DNA from: Cenococcum geophilum
Taxonomy: Eukaryota
Assembly (NCBI GenBank): GCA_050273025.1
Contig: CP158635.1
Location: 30,256,001 to 30,320,000, forward strand
DNA length: 64,000 nt
Direction: 5' to 3'
Under the pieces are notes generated by a model. That model searched no databases, was not told where the DNA came from, and saw nothing but the letters and a program-made list of their open reading frames with translations. The position numbers were made by a program, and so were the translations under genes. How positions within the stretch are numbered: the stretch's first letter is position 1; each line of letters starts with the position of its first letter. This document shows, piece after piece, positions 12,560 through 24,228 of the stretch.

Positions 12560-14125
12560 CAGCAATAGCTAACTTACATCTACCTATATTCGATATCCGG
12601 TAGCCCAGCATTACGTATAAGCGCAATAATACCACGCCTTAGGAACGCAAGCTTATCCTTTATCTTACTTAGAGAATCTTTAAACTTACTAAACTAGCGA
12701 TCTATAGCTTGAACATCTTTTGCTATATTAGTTACCCATTTATAAACTATATTAACGCGCGCAGAAATAGCGATTACTAAATACACCCTAATAGATTCCA
12801 TACTAGCAGAAGCGGCAGCAGCAACGGTAGCACCCGGCGTACTAGCAATTAGTAAAAGAGTTAGAGAAGTAGCGGCAAAGTAGGTGCCTCTACGGCCGCG
12901 TATACTACTATAAGTAGGAGTTTTAATGGGAGGGGAGGTTTTGGTGGGGGGAGGCGTGGTAGCGCGGGCGGGGATAGTATAAGAACGAAGCTATGCGGAT
13001 ATTAGCAATATCTGTATTATTAACACGCGGATATTATACCTTCTTAGTAGGCGTTTCGGCTGGACTATTAATAGAAGCTGACTTCGTACGTTTTTTGCGC
13101 TAAGGTGTAACCGGCTCTAAATCTAGTAAACTTTCCTATACGCGTGTTAGCTGATAGAATAATAGTATACTATTAGCACGTACCTTTCCGCACGACCTAC
13201 TACCTATATAACATCTTAAGTACGCACCCCTAAAATAAGGCCTAGAGTCCTTCTTATAAACGCGACATTTATGGCCATGCTTCTCGCATAGAGTATATAG
13301 CGGGTTGCGCAGCTTACTAAAGCTACCCTTAATATTCTGGACGTGTGTTAATATCCGCTAGCGGCTTTCCTTTATGTTCTCCCAAACACCAGCTTTTAGA
13401 GTGTACCATTTATTCGCTAATAGTACTTGGATAGGAAGGCGCTCGTTTATATTTATGGTACTGCGGAGATTATAAAGGCTGCGGAGATTACGAGGGCTGC
13501 GGAGATTGTAAAAGTCGGCGTCATTAAGATCTTCATCTTTGCCGCTGTCTAAAGATTCGCTATCTAAAGAAACCTTATAAATGTTTAGGTTACTATAAGA
13601 GGTAAATTAGTAGATAAGATATTAAAACAGTATAACTAATATATACAATTTAATGGCTATCTTGGCCTTTAGATTCGTATTAGCAGCCTTTTTAGCCTAC
13701 TTTTTAAGAAAAGAAGATAAACGAGCCTTATTAAGCCTCCTTTTAGAAGTATTAGGTGGCGGCAGTAGAGAAATAGACGGCGAAGAAACTGATGGTAAAG
13801 TAGTCCACGGCAAAGATATAGGTAACGGAAAGGCAGGCAGCAAAAAGGTGCGCGGATTTTTAGCGGATTTCGCTCTATCTATATTTTTATCGTCTACTAA
13901 ATCCTATAAAGAGCGCTTCGGTATATATTTTCTAAAATCACATTAGCTATAGGCATAATTTAGTATTAGAAAGCTTACTCTTTAGGAACAAAGTCCAAAG
14001 GCTTAGTAAGAGTAGCTATAGCGTGCTTAATAGCATCCTTATTTACTTCGCGCATATTAAGTTCCTTAACTACCTAGCTGCTATTATTCGCATTAATATT
14101 GTTTATATGTGTAAATAAAGGCATT
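12560..14125 (-). pseudogene. AcademH cargo gene copy 1, multi-exon, Cys6 Zn-cluster-like protein
   Basis: ATG at about 14125, GT-AG intron-like segments, motif CTLCEKHGHKCRVY...GACLRC...RSCGK at about 13185-13300 after RIP reversal. Confidence 0.65.
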
Positions 14126-14559
14126 ACAGATAGTAGAACGCTAAGGGACAGTGGATAAAACAATAATAATAAAGTTTGCGGTGCGGTGCTGTGAGGTAGA
14201 AAGTTAGTAGAAGAAGAGGTGCGGAGGTTAATTAAAGGTAAATATCTATGCTACCGATTTTATTAAATTAGCTCACTAATAAATAACTGCTACTATAATG
14301 ACTTACCTTAGTAATTATTAATGGTGCGGATATATAAATATCTTTATCTTACCTTATATGGATATCTTCATCTTAGCTTATACGGATATCTTTATCTTAG
14401 CTTATGCGGATATTATAATATTAATTATATCTATTAAATATAAGGTAGAGACTTAATTCCTAAGTATATACGTAGTAGTAGAGAGGTAAAAGCTACTATT
14501 TTATTACTCTAAACCTATAATAATAGTCAACCCGCAGCAATAGCTAACCAGCATCTACT

Positions 14560-16087
14560 TAAATTCTATATTAAGTAACCCGGCGTTGCGTATAAGTGCT
14601 ATAATACCATACCTTATAAACGCAAGCTTATCCTTTATCTCACTTAGAGAATCTTTAAGCTTACTTAACCGGCGATCTATAGCCCGAACATCTTTCGCCA
14701 TCTTAGTTACCTACTTACGAACTATATTAACGCGTACGGAAACAGCAATTGCCGAATATACCCCAATATTTTCCGTGCTAGCAGGAGCGGCAGTAGTACT
14801 AGAAGTAGCACCAGGCGTGCCAGAAATTAGTAAAAGAGTAAAAGGAGCGGCGGCGGAACGGGTGCCCCTATAGCTGCGTATATCACTATAAGTAAGAGTC
14901 TTAGGGGAAGGGGAGGTCTCCGGAGGGGGGATGGTGCGGGTATAAAGCTATACGGATATCAGCAATATCCGTATTATTAAGATGCGGATATTATACCTTC
15001 TTAGTAGGCGTTTTAGCTGGACTACTAGCAGAAGCTAATTACGCATATTTTTTGCACTAAGGTATAACTGGCTCCAGTCTTAGCGAACTATCCTATATGC
15101 GTGTTAGCTGATAGAATAATAGTATACTATTGGCATATACCTTTTCGCACAACCTACTACTTAAGCGATATCTTAAGCATATACCTCTAAAATACGACCT
15201 AGAGTTCTGCTTGTAAACGCGACATTTATAGTCTTACTTAACGTATAGAGCGTATAGCGGATCGCGCAGTATACTAGAGCTACCCTTAATATTCTAGACG
15301 TAGGTATATATCCGCTAGCGAGCTTCCTTTATATTCTCCCAAGCACTAGCTTTTAGGGTATACCATTTATTTACTAACGGCACTTAAATAGGAAGGCGCT
15401 TGTTTGTGTTAATATCCGACGTTATAGCTTAGGCTGTTTGCGTACTGCGGAGCTTATAAGAGCTGCGGAGATTATAAGAGGATGGAGGAGGGCTTTTAGG
15501 AGAGTTGGCGTCATTAAGGTTATTCTCTTTATTATTATCTAAAATCTCTAACATTTCTGTTGGGTTACTATAAGAGGTAAATTAGTAGATAAAATACTAA
15601 AAGAGTATAGTTAATATATATGATTTAAAGGCTATCTTATACTAAATATTTTACGCAATAATTCTATTAGTCTACCTCTTAAGAGAAGTAGAAGCACGAC
15701 GAGGATTAAACTTCTTAAAAGTAGTAGGCGACAAAGAAATAAGTAGCTTAAAGGTAGGCGGTAAAGAGGTAAGTGGTAAAGAAGTAGGCAGCAAAGAGGC
15801 AGGCAGTAAAGAGGTAAGTGGATTTCTAGCGGATTTTGCAATAACCTTATTATAGTACTCTGCTAGATCTAATAAAGAGTGCTTTGGTATATATTTCCTG
15901 AAATTATATTAGCTATAGGCATAATTTAGTATTAGAAAGCTTACTCTCTAGGCAGAGATTCTAAAGGATTAGTAAAAGAAAGAGCGTCCTTAAAAGTGTC
16001 CTCAATTATTTTATTATTAACGTCGCGCGTATTAAGTTCCTTAACTAAATAGCTGTTAGACGTATTTAGAGGTATAAAGAAAGGCAT
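14560..16087 (-). pseudogene. AcademH cargo gene copy 2 (diverged tandem paralogue)
   Basis: Colinear with copy 1 at an offset of about 1.95 kb. First exon MPFFIPLNTS...ESLPRE (ORF track 15941..16129) is followed by a gtaagc donor. Confidence 0.65.
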
Positions 16088-16299
16088 TATAGATAGTAGT
16101 ATGCTAATAGATAGTAGATAAAACAACAATAATAAAGTTTGCGGTGCGATGCTATAAGGTAAAAGGTGCGGAGGTTAATTAAAGGTAAATATCCGCGCTG
16201 TAGATTTTATTGAATTAGCTTACTAATAAATAATCACTATTATAGTAACTTACCTTAGTAAATATTAACTACCTCTTATATAACACTTAAACTAAATAG

Positions 16300-19200
16300 C
16301 TAATATAATATAGGTTCTACGGGTTTCGGGAGCTTTAGGTATAAACCTTAGTGTCTCTCTAAATAAGAATCTAATAAACTATTTAAATGCGTATATAGAG
16401 ATTAATACTTAATACCCGGATATTAATTAGAGCTCTGCCTAAGTCTTAGTTAAGTTAATAAATAAGTGAAACGCTAAGGAATATTAAATACTAACCTGCT
16501 AAAGCTGCGTCATATCTAAAACTAAGGGCGGAGATTAAGCACTAGGCTGTAGGTTCTAAGCTACGCTTAGTTTAGAGAGCAGAGATCGAATATTAGACTA
16601 TAAATTCTAAGCTGTACCCAATTTAGAAGGCGGGGATTGAGCATTAGCACGCGAATTCTAAACTGCGCCTAGTTTAAAGGGCGGAGATTAAGTATTAGCC
16701 TATAAACCCTAAGCCTTAGAGTTTCCTAGGAGCGGAGATCCAGTATTACAACTTAAATCCTAAGCCTTAGGATTTTCTAGAAGCGGAGGTCTAATACTGT
16801 GTTGCGAATTCTAAATTTCTGGATTTCCTACTATCTGGGAACTGGTGCTACGCCGTAGATATTAAACTTTGGAATTTTTTGTAATCGGAGGTCTAATGTT
16901 ATATTGCGAATATTAAACCTTAGGCTTGTCCAAAAGTTAAGACTTAGTAGTGTATTATAAGCTCTAACACTTAGGCTGCCCTAAGGATTTGAATTTGATG
17001 CTGCGCTGTAAGCTTTAATATCTAGATTGCTTTAAGGGCTAAGACCTAATGCTGCGCTGTGAGCTCTAATATCCGGCGTTTTGGCCGCGGCCTATTTATA
17101 CTTATATTGCCACTAATATTAGCAAATGGACGTCTCTACGTCTTTTTTAAGGTTATACTACTAGCTAGTGTAGTACTAGAGGGGAGGATTAGCTAAAGAG
17201 ACTGGCTTAGAGTTGTATTGGCACTAGCTATATAAGTAAAGGTGGTACTTCTTACTTAAGCAGAGTGGCAGTAAGTACTAGATTTACCTTTAGTTAATTC
17301 TACCCGCTAAAAGGGAGCTAACTCTATAGTCGTTAATATATTAGCCTATAAGTCTGCGCGTTAGGATAAGCTTTTTAACTGTACTAATAAGCCACCAGGC
17401 GAAGTATGCGGTTATTAAGTACTAGTATACGGTTGGTTGGATAAACTATTTAAAAGCCGCTATAAGCGATGAGCCTAGGTTAATAGATAAGCTACTAAAC
17501 TACTATATTAACCCTGTAGATATCCGTCTATACCCGCTATATAAGCTAATTCCCTTCTAGTATCCTGCTGCTGAGTTACTATAAAGGGTGCTGTAATGCG
17601 ATAGTTTACTATCGCCGTTAATACTAGATTACCGTAGATTGCTACTAATAATGGATTATTGCTAGCAGGATTATTAATAAGGCTATGTTAATTCGCAATA
17701 ACCGCACGCGGAGATTGCTGCGGAGATTAAACACTATGCTATAAACTAGCGCCACCTATATTTAAGCTAATAATACTATTAAACCTCTGCTATAAAGCTT
17801 AAGGGCTATACTATAGACTAACACTTAGGTTGTTCTGAGATATAAACTAAGGTAGTAGAGAATTGTAAGGATTGTGTAGAGCTATATTAAGAAGCTGTTA
17901 GGAATAATAAAGGCGCTGCAGAAAGTTATTAGGATGCTAAAGGTCAAGTTAAGGATTCTGTGGATATATACTAAACGATTTTTGAGCAGGTAGCCGTATA
18001 TTTAGAGTATGCGGATATTAAATATCTAGCTATTAAGATGACTGTGATAGAGTGGTATGTATAGTCTGGGACCAGTTTACCTATAAGTCTTAGGTTAATA
18101 TAAGCTAAGTTCTTTAAGACTTAGTTATATCCATTTATAAGCTAGATGCTAATAATAGCTATAAGGGCGGTAATACTTTAGTTTACAACGGTTAATTAAG
18201 GCCAGCACTCTTTATAGTTAATGTACTAATAGGTCCCTATTAACCTACTAATAGTAAAGGCGTCTATAATGAGCTTTTAGATACGGCAATATGTCTACTA
18301 GATTGTGACGCAGCCTATAAGACGCTAGTACTAAAATATCGCGTTCCTTTCTTATAAATAAAGCGGATAAGCGCGTTTACTTCATCTCCTAGGAAGCTGT
18401 AATCCCATTCGGGCAATATCCGCTTAAGGCCCTTATAAGTTAGCGGAGGTTGGATATAGAGCATACGGATTTAATCGTCGGATATAATATAACTGGAAAT
18501 TGGACTTTAAACTATATCCTAGTATGTTGTATCAAGCCATTCTTTAATCCACTTCTTAACACTTATAAATAGATCCTTTAAGTACTTACTCTTTATAATA
18601 TTCCTAGTATATAGTATGATAATATTATACTCCTTATAAGCCTATAATAAATTATCGCAATTAGAGCAATAGCGTAGACCTCTAGATAACGGACTTGTCT
18701 CCTTATACGGCTTAAGCAGAATATTGCGTAAATATCTAGTAGCTTTATTTGTGAGCTTATATAATATATTTGGAAGTACCGCCTATTTCTCTATATTAGT
18801 CTTCACCCTCTTTTATTTTTCTATATACTTAATTGGCAGGGCTAATAATATTATATTCTTATTAAGTATTTAATCCTCCTCCTCCCAAGCAGATACCTGC
18901 AAGATAATATTACTATTAATTATAATGAATAAAGCCAGATTGCTGGCGAAATCCGCTGCCCTATCCTCCTATATTGCCATCCTAGTAGTAATAAAGTCAC
19001 GGCCGAGTCGGGTAGACAGAGGGGCTGTAGGTTTTTAAGACTTTTGCTTTAGCAGTGTAATATTTGTAAGAGCGCCCTTACACCAGTCTTTAATAAGGAT
19101 AATTGCATATCTGGTAACACTATTGTGTTAGGCGGCCTATCTAAATCGCTGTAGTATTATATTTAGGCTTTTATTGGGATAATAACCGTATATAATAGAA

Positions 19201-20640
19201 CGGACAATATTTAGAATATCCGCACTATAGGCTAGGGCGTCCGACGTAATAAGAATATGGGTAGGTAAGTCTTCTATATAGAAATTTTGATACTCCCTAC
19301 TCTTATTATATTTGGATAATATCGCATAATAACTCCGCACTGCTATTTTAGCCTACTTTATAGTATAGCCCTTGGTTATAAGCTATAAACAGATTGTGTT
19401 TAAACACCTATAAATATAATTTTTGGTATAAAGAAAGATAATCGTCTTAGGAATTAATTCGGGGCTTAGAATCTTTTGTCCCTTTAGCTATGTAGTGCCT
19501 CCTACTAGATTTTAGATCCGCCTAACTGGTTAATAAATAGAGGTAGTGGGTATTTGACTAGAAGATACGGATATCCTACTAGGCGCTACGGGCGTTTGGC
19601 TAAATGATGTGGATATTTTACTAAACCCTATAGATATCTAGCTAAGGGTCGCGGATGTATAATCCTCCTCTACTACTGCCTCCTTAAATGCCTCTTTAAT
19701 AACAAAGAATAATACCTTATAATTATTCTTATCCCTCCTCTTAATATAGCCCCTAATAATAGATAGGTTAGGCTGATTAATATTTGTTTGTTTAAGATCC
19801 GTTATACTTTAATAAAACCTTGCTAGCTTTATTACCTTCGCATATATCTCCTTATTAAGTGTTGCAGTATATATAAACTACGGCACTGTTAGACTAAGCA
19901 GTGATCGGACCTTAAAGAGCTGTGCGTAATAGGGCTAGAAGCTCTTACCCTAGTTAGTAACTAGATAACACTTATTAATTATAACTAAGGAAATATATGA
20001 GCGAAAAGTAGGCTAAGTAAGGATATAGTGGAACCATTTACTTAATAGTAACTCTAGCGATACTAGAATATGCGTAAACTAACCCGCCTTAATATGTTTT
20101 AGGATATCCGCATGCGCTTTTATTACCTCTATATATATAAATACGAGATTTGCTCCTAGGATGGCCCGTATCTTTAATAGCTATTCCTCTCTAATTGCGT
20201 TTAAAGGCAATATAATAATAGCAACAGAAGCTTGAATTAGTAATGGAATCGCCTATATTATTATACTCTTACCCTATAATATCTTCGCTACTAGGAATAA
20301 GTCCCTCCGCCTATATATTACCCGTTTTAATACCTTAATTTAATTAGGTCGTCCGCTGTACGGATATAGAAGCTTAATAGCTCTATCTATTAAGCTTAAC
20401 TGTTTATCTTTGCTTGCCTCCCGTAAGGCCAGAAGCTTATCTTATACGTCCTATAACTACCTCTCTACTAAAGACGTAAGATCTTCCCATAAACAATTAT
20501 TTAGCTTTTATAAGCTCCGTAAGACCTCCTAGCGTTCCTGTTTAACTGCGGTCTTCTAACCCTAGCGGCTAGTACTTTTCTTCTAAGCTATAGTGGGTTT
20601 TCTATACGGATATAACGCCTAGTAGTAGTGGAGGCACTCT
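16300..20640 (-). pseudogene. RecQ-like superfamily II helicase of AcademH-like element
   Basis: Motif I AKTSxGKS (about 20275), Ia LPLNA (about 20205), II DECH...WGKSFRP (about 19965), III CTAT (about 19865), V-VI in ORF 19137..19340 (ILITSDAL...QRF), Zn-binding CR...CCSNCD (18655-18730). Ends approximate. Confidence 0.9.
16520..17075 (-). repeat. Degenerate 51-bp (17-codon) tandem repeat, about 11 units
   Basis: gcggagat-like anchor recurs at about 16528, 16579, 16630, 16681, 16732 and 16783. Confidence 0.8.
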
Positions 20641-21282
20641 AGGCTAAGGGAGGATATTTTTAAGAAAGGACCTAACTATAGCACCTACTAAGTGTTGCAA
20701 TGGCTTTAAGTAGTAGATGTCTATATATCTATATAGTTTTATCTATATTAGCAGACTATTTAATAAGATATAATATATGCTTATGCTTTTAATAACGCGT
20801 TTTTTAACTTTAATAAAATTGATATTAGGACTAAGCGATAGCCGTATTATAAAATTTGTACTATTTAGAAGCCCTAGTTCTTGAAAATATTGTATTAACT
20901 TTTAGTAATAATAACGCGTTGTATGAATGAATGAATTAGATATCCGCAATATCTGTTTTGTGGATTTTGCTTATACTTTTAACAAAACTCGCCAAAGCCT
21001 CTTAGACGTGATTTTGCAATTCGGAAGACGGCGTAGGTTATTCTAATGCTAGCTAAAAAATCGCGTCTGAGCTCGCTAAGGTAAGACCTCGCAATGTGTC
21101 TAAAGCTTAGTTAGCATTCCTTACGCTAATTCTGACACTCCCCTATACTGATAAGGCTCTCCTCGTCTACTTCCTAAATAGGCAATTATAAAGCTATTCC
21201 CAAATACCTTATAAGTGCTATTCGGCCTATATACAGAGGGAAAACCTAGTAGGCGAAAAAAAACCTCTGTTACTTGCTCTAT

Positions 21283-22790
21283 CAGTTACCGATTCCTAGC
21301 GTTATAGAGTGCTTCGTAAATTGGTTAATCGGTAGTTATTTCATAAGTATATCTCCAGGTTAATCTTTACCTGGTATATGTACCACTTCGAGTTAATCTT
21401 ACTAAACCATGTTGTTTCGTACGAAGAGGTATTAAGTCTTAATATGCTTGGCTTTCTGGTGGTGTTTCGTGTCGTATAAAAGGTCGACTGTACCTTTATT
21501 GTTATAATAGAGCGTAGGGATAAAAGGATTATCGTCGTCGTCTCTTTCCCCTAGATTTCTCGTTAGCTTCTTAAGCTATACTACTAACCTTGCTCCTTCT
21601 GACGCTGCTATAATCTCTGCTTTTATTAAACTTAATGCCGTCGACTTCTGCCTTTAAGCCATCTAAATCACGGCTCCCCTATAGCGTATAACTGCTATAC
21701 CTTAAAATAATATCCGATCGTGTTCTGTTTCCTACATAGCGTTAGTAAAGATACTATAGCTAGTAGGTAAGTTAGTCAACGTAAGCTTATATAAGGGGAG
21801 GTGGATCTTTTAATTTAAGTAGGTAATTCCAATTTCGAGAGTGCCGTTTAGATACCGTAGCAGCTACTTACTTAAACGGTAATGCGATTCTCCTAGTGCC
21901 GCTATAAATCTAGCTAACTAACTAACAGTATAGCTAATATTAAGATGTGTGCAGTTTAATAGGTAGATCGTAGAGCCAATAATCTGTTGGTATACCGTCG
22001 CATTGTTATACTTAAGGGGACTTTTAATATTAGGTTTCAGAACAGTGCTAGCTAGTATTAGTAGCTTAGACGGGTTATAGTTATCTATTTTTAGCCGTTT
22101 AAGTAGCTTCTTAGTATACATTGTCTGATATAGCTTAAGGGTTCGGTTCGTACAGTTTTAATTAATTTAGAAGCCTATAAATACCTCTATAGGACCTAGG
22201 TCTTTACATCTCCATTCTCTTAAAATTCTTATCTTTATAATATTAAGGTATTAGCGCTTTCCTGCGATTAGTATATTGTTAACGAATAATAAGATATATA
22301 CTCCATTTCCTATAAAGAGATTAGGGTCAGCCTTAGCTGATTTTAAACCTATACTCTTAAAGAACTTCTTAACTATATAAAACCATTCTCTTAGTGCCTG
22401 CTTTAGGCCGTAAAGTAACTTATTTAGCTTTAAGTAGGCGTCTTTTACCCCCTTAAGGCTAGGTTTAAAGTCTCTTAATAAGTTAGGAATCTGCATATAA
22501 ATCTATTCTTGCAACGGCGGGTTTAAGAATATAGTTTCGACGTCGATGTAGTTAAGCTTAAGGTCTTCAGCTGCCACCTTTACCATTAAGAACCTAAAGG
22601 TGTCGTATCGTACAACAGACGTAAATATCTCAAAATAGTCGATGTTGGGGGTCTGCTTATCTCCCCGAATGCAGTCCTACCTTCTTGCAAATTACTTCTC
22701 CCTTGGCGTTATACTTGTGCTTTAGAACTAGCTTGCTTAGAAGTAACGACCTTCCTTCTAGTACTCTCCCCCTTATAATAGTATAGGTGT
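21283..22790 (-). pseudogene. Copia reverse transcriptase-RNase H
   Basis: KLLYGLKQA, LLFV(DD), KHIK, GDILTK-type motifs; ORF-track fragments 22251..22496 and 21918..22121. Confidence 0.93.
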
Positions 22791-22799
22791 GTATTTACG

Positions 22800-24228
22800 G
22801 GCGTCCCACCCTTAACATTACCTTAAAGATTTAAGCGTCCCACTTAATCTTGACCTAGGCTTCCTACTTAACTTGAGTGGCCCACTCGGTCTTGACCTGG
22901 GCTTCCCACTTAGCTTAAGCGGCTTACTTAGTTACCATCTAGCCTACTCGTAGTTCCCGCTACTAGAGTCTCTATCGGCACTTAGTCTTGACCTAGGCTT
23001 CCTACTTAATTTAAGCATTCCGCTCGATCTAAGCGGCCCACTCGATCACTATCTTGCCTACTTATAGTTCTCGTAACTAGAGTCTCTGTTAGCGTGTTTA
23101 AGGTAGTAAAGGGAGGTATAGGTTAGTTTACAGCTTGGCTTATAGTATGATTTAAGCGTCCCGCTTAATTACTGTATCTTATAGCTTGGTTTATAGCTTG
23201 TACCTAACGTGCTCTATAAGGGAACCTATACTTGTTATAAGTATAGCACGTTTAGGGTTAAGGTAGATTAAATCGCTGTCGAATTCTTCCTTAGCTATTA
23301 CTACATTCCCTGCTTCTTCTGCCTTAGAAGCACCTTAATCTTTCTTCTTAGCGTTATTAAATCGGAATTGTCTAAGCAGGGGACAGTCTTCCTAGTAGTG
23401 GCCTTCCTAATAGTATACTCTGCACTTGTCTTTCTCTGGTGGCCTTGGCTCCTTACTATAGCTATAACTCTTACCTACTTAAGACGACAAGCTATGGCGA
23501 TAACGTAATAAGGAATAATTAAATCTACCAGCACGACCTTTGCCCCTTATTCGACCTCGGTTTCCCCTTCTCCCCTTAAGTTTGTCTTTCCTCTCTTATA
23601 CAAGTGCTGCATTTTATACCTATATAGGGCGAGCAGTCTTATACTCCTAAAGAAGGGTAATGCAACTCTTAAGGTCTTGTTTATCTTATAGACACCAGGT
23701 CTTTATATTCTACTACGTAACGTCGCTTAGTAGGGCTAGGAGAAGTTGCTCTTTAATATCGTTGTTAGTAAGTGCTTAAGGTATAGAGGCTAGATTGATC
23801 TTAAATTGATTTAGTATATGGATAAACTTAACGATTTATATCTTTATAGGGTCGAATATAGTGCTATAGAACTCCCTGCGAAGTCTAGAGATATAGACCT
23901 TATTATTAGCCTTATTAAACTTCTTTATTCCTTCCCACATTCCCTAAATATTATACGCCTTTATTATCGCACGCATCTCTTCCTAACGGTTGTCTCCTAT
24001 TAAATTATAGATAATCTTGTTTGCTTCCCCTTGTCTTCTTCTCCTATTAGCTAAATTGACTTAAGCTGGGTCTTTTGTACCAGTAACAAAATCCCATCCT
24101 TTTGCTATAATTAGGGCTGCCTTGCAGGTGCGCTCCCAGTCTATAAAGTTGTCTCCATTAAAAATAACGATTTTACTGGCCTTGTGATCGTACGTAGGTG
24201 TCGTTGAGGTTAAGGTAGAGGAGGTTAT
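22800..24228 (-). pseudogene. Copia gag with CCHC knuckle and repetitive R/S/G/P tail
   Basis: FNGDNFIDWERTC near 24150; C-R-V-(C)-x4-H-x4-C at about 23380-23425; internal repeats 22840-23100. Confidence 0.8.

Larger units (their letters stand above)
8992..21084 (+). mobile_element. AcademH-like DNA transposon (12.1 kb), full length, RIP-inactivated
   Basis: TIR ttacctcagcgagctcagac at 8992-9011 vs 21065-21084 (1 mismatch), 9-bp TSD gacctcgca at 8983-8991 and 21085-21093, convergent transposase-like and RecQ-like helicase genes. This matches the described AcademH organisation. Confidence 0.88.

Noticed and set aside
13653..15841. ORFs 13653..13946, 14586..14873 and 15632..15841 as separate genes
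   Set aside because: They are antisense or off-frame readings of the cargo genes' low-complexity exons.
16520..17075. CRISPR-like array
   Set aside because: Degenerate codon-multiple tandem repeat with no unique spacers or cas genes, in a eukaryotic context.
18000..20640. Host RecQ/SGS1-type gene
   Set aside because: It lies between TIRs with a TSD and is RIP-degraded, so it is element-encoded.
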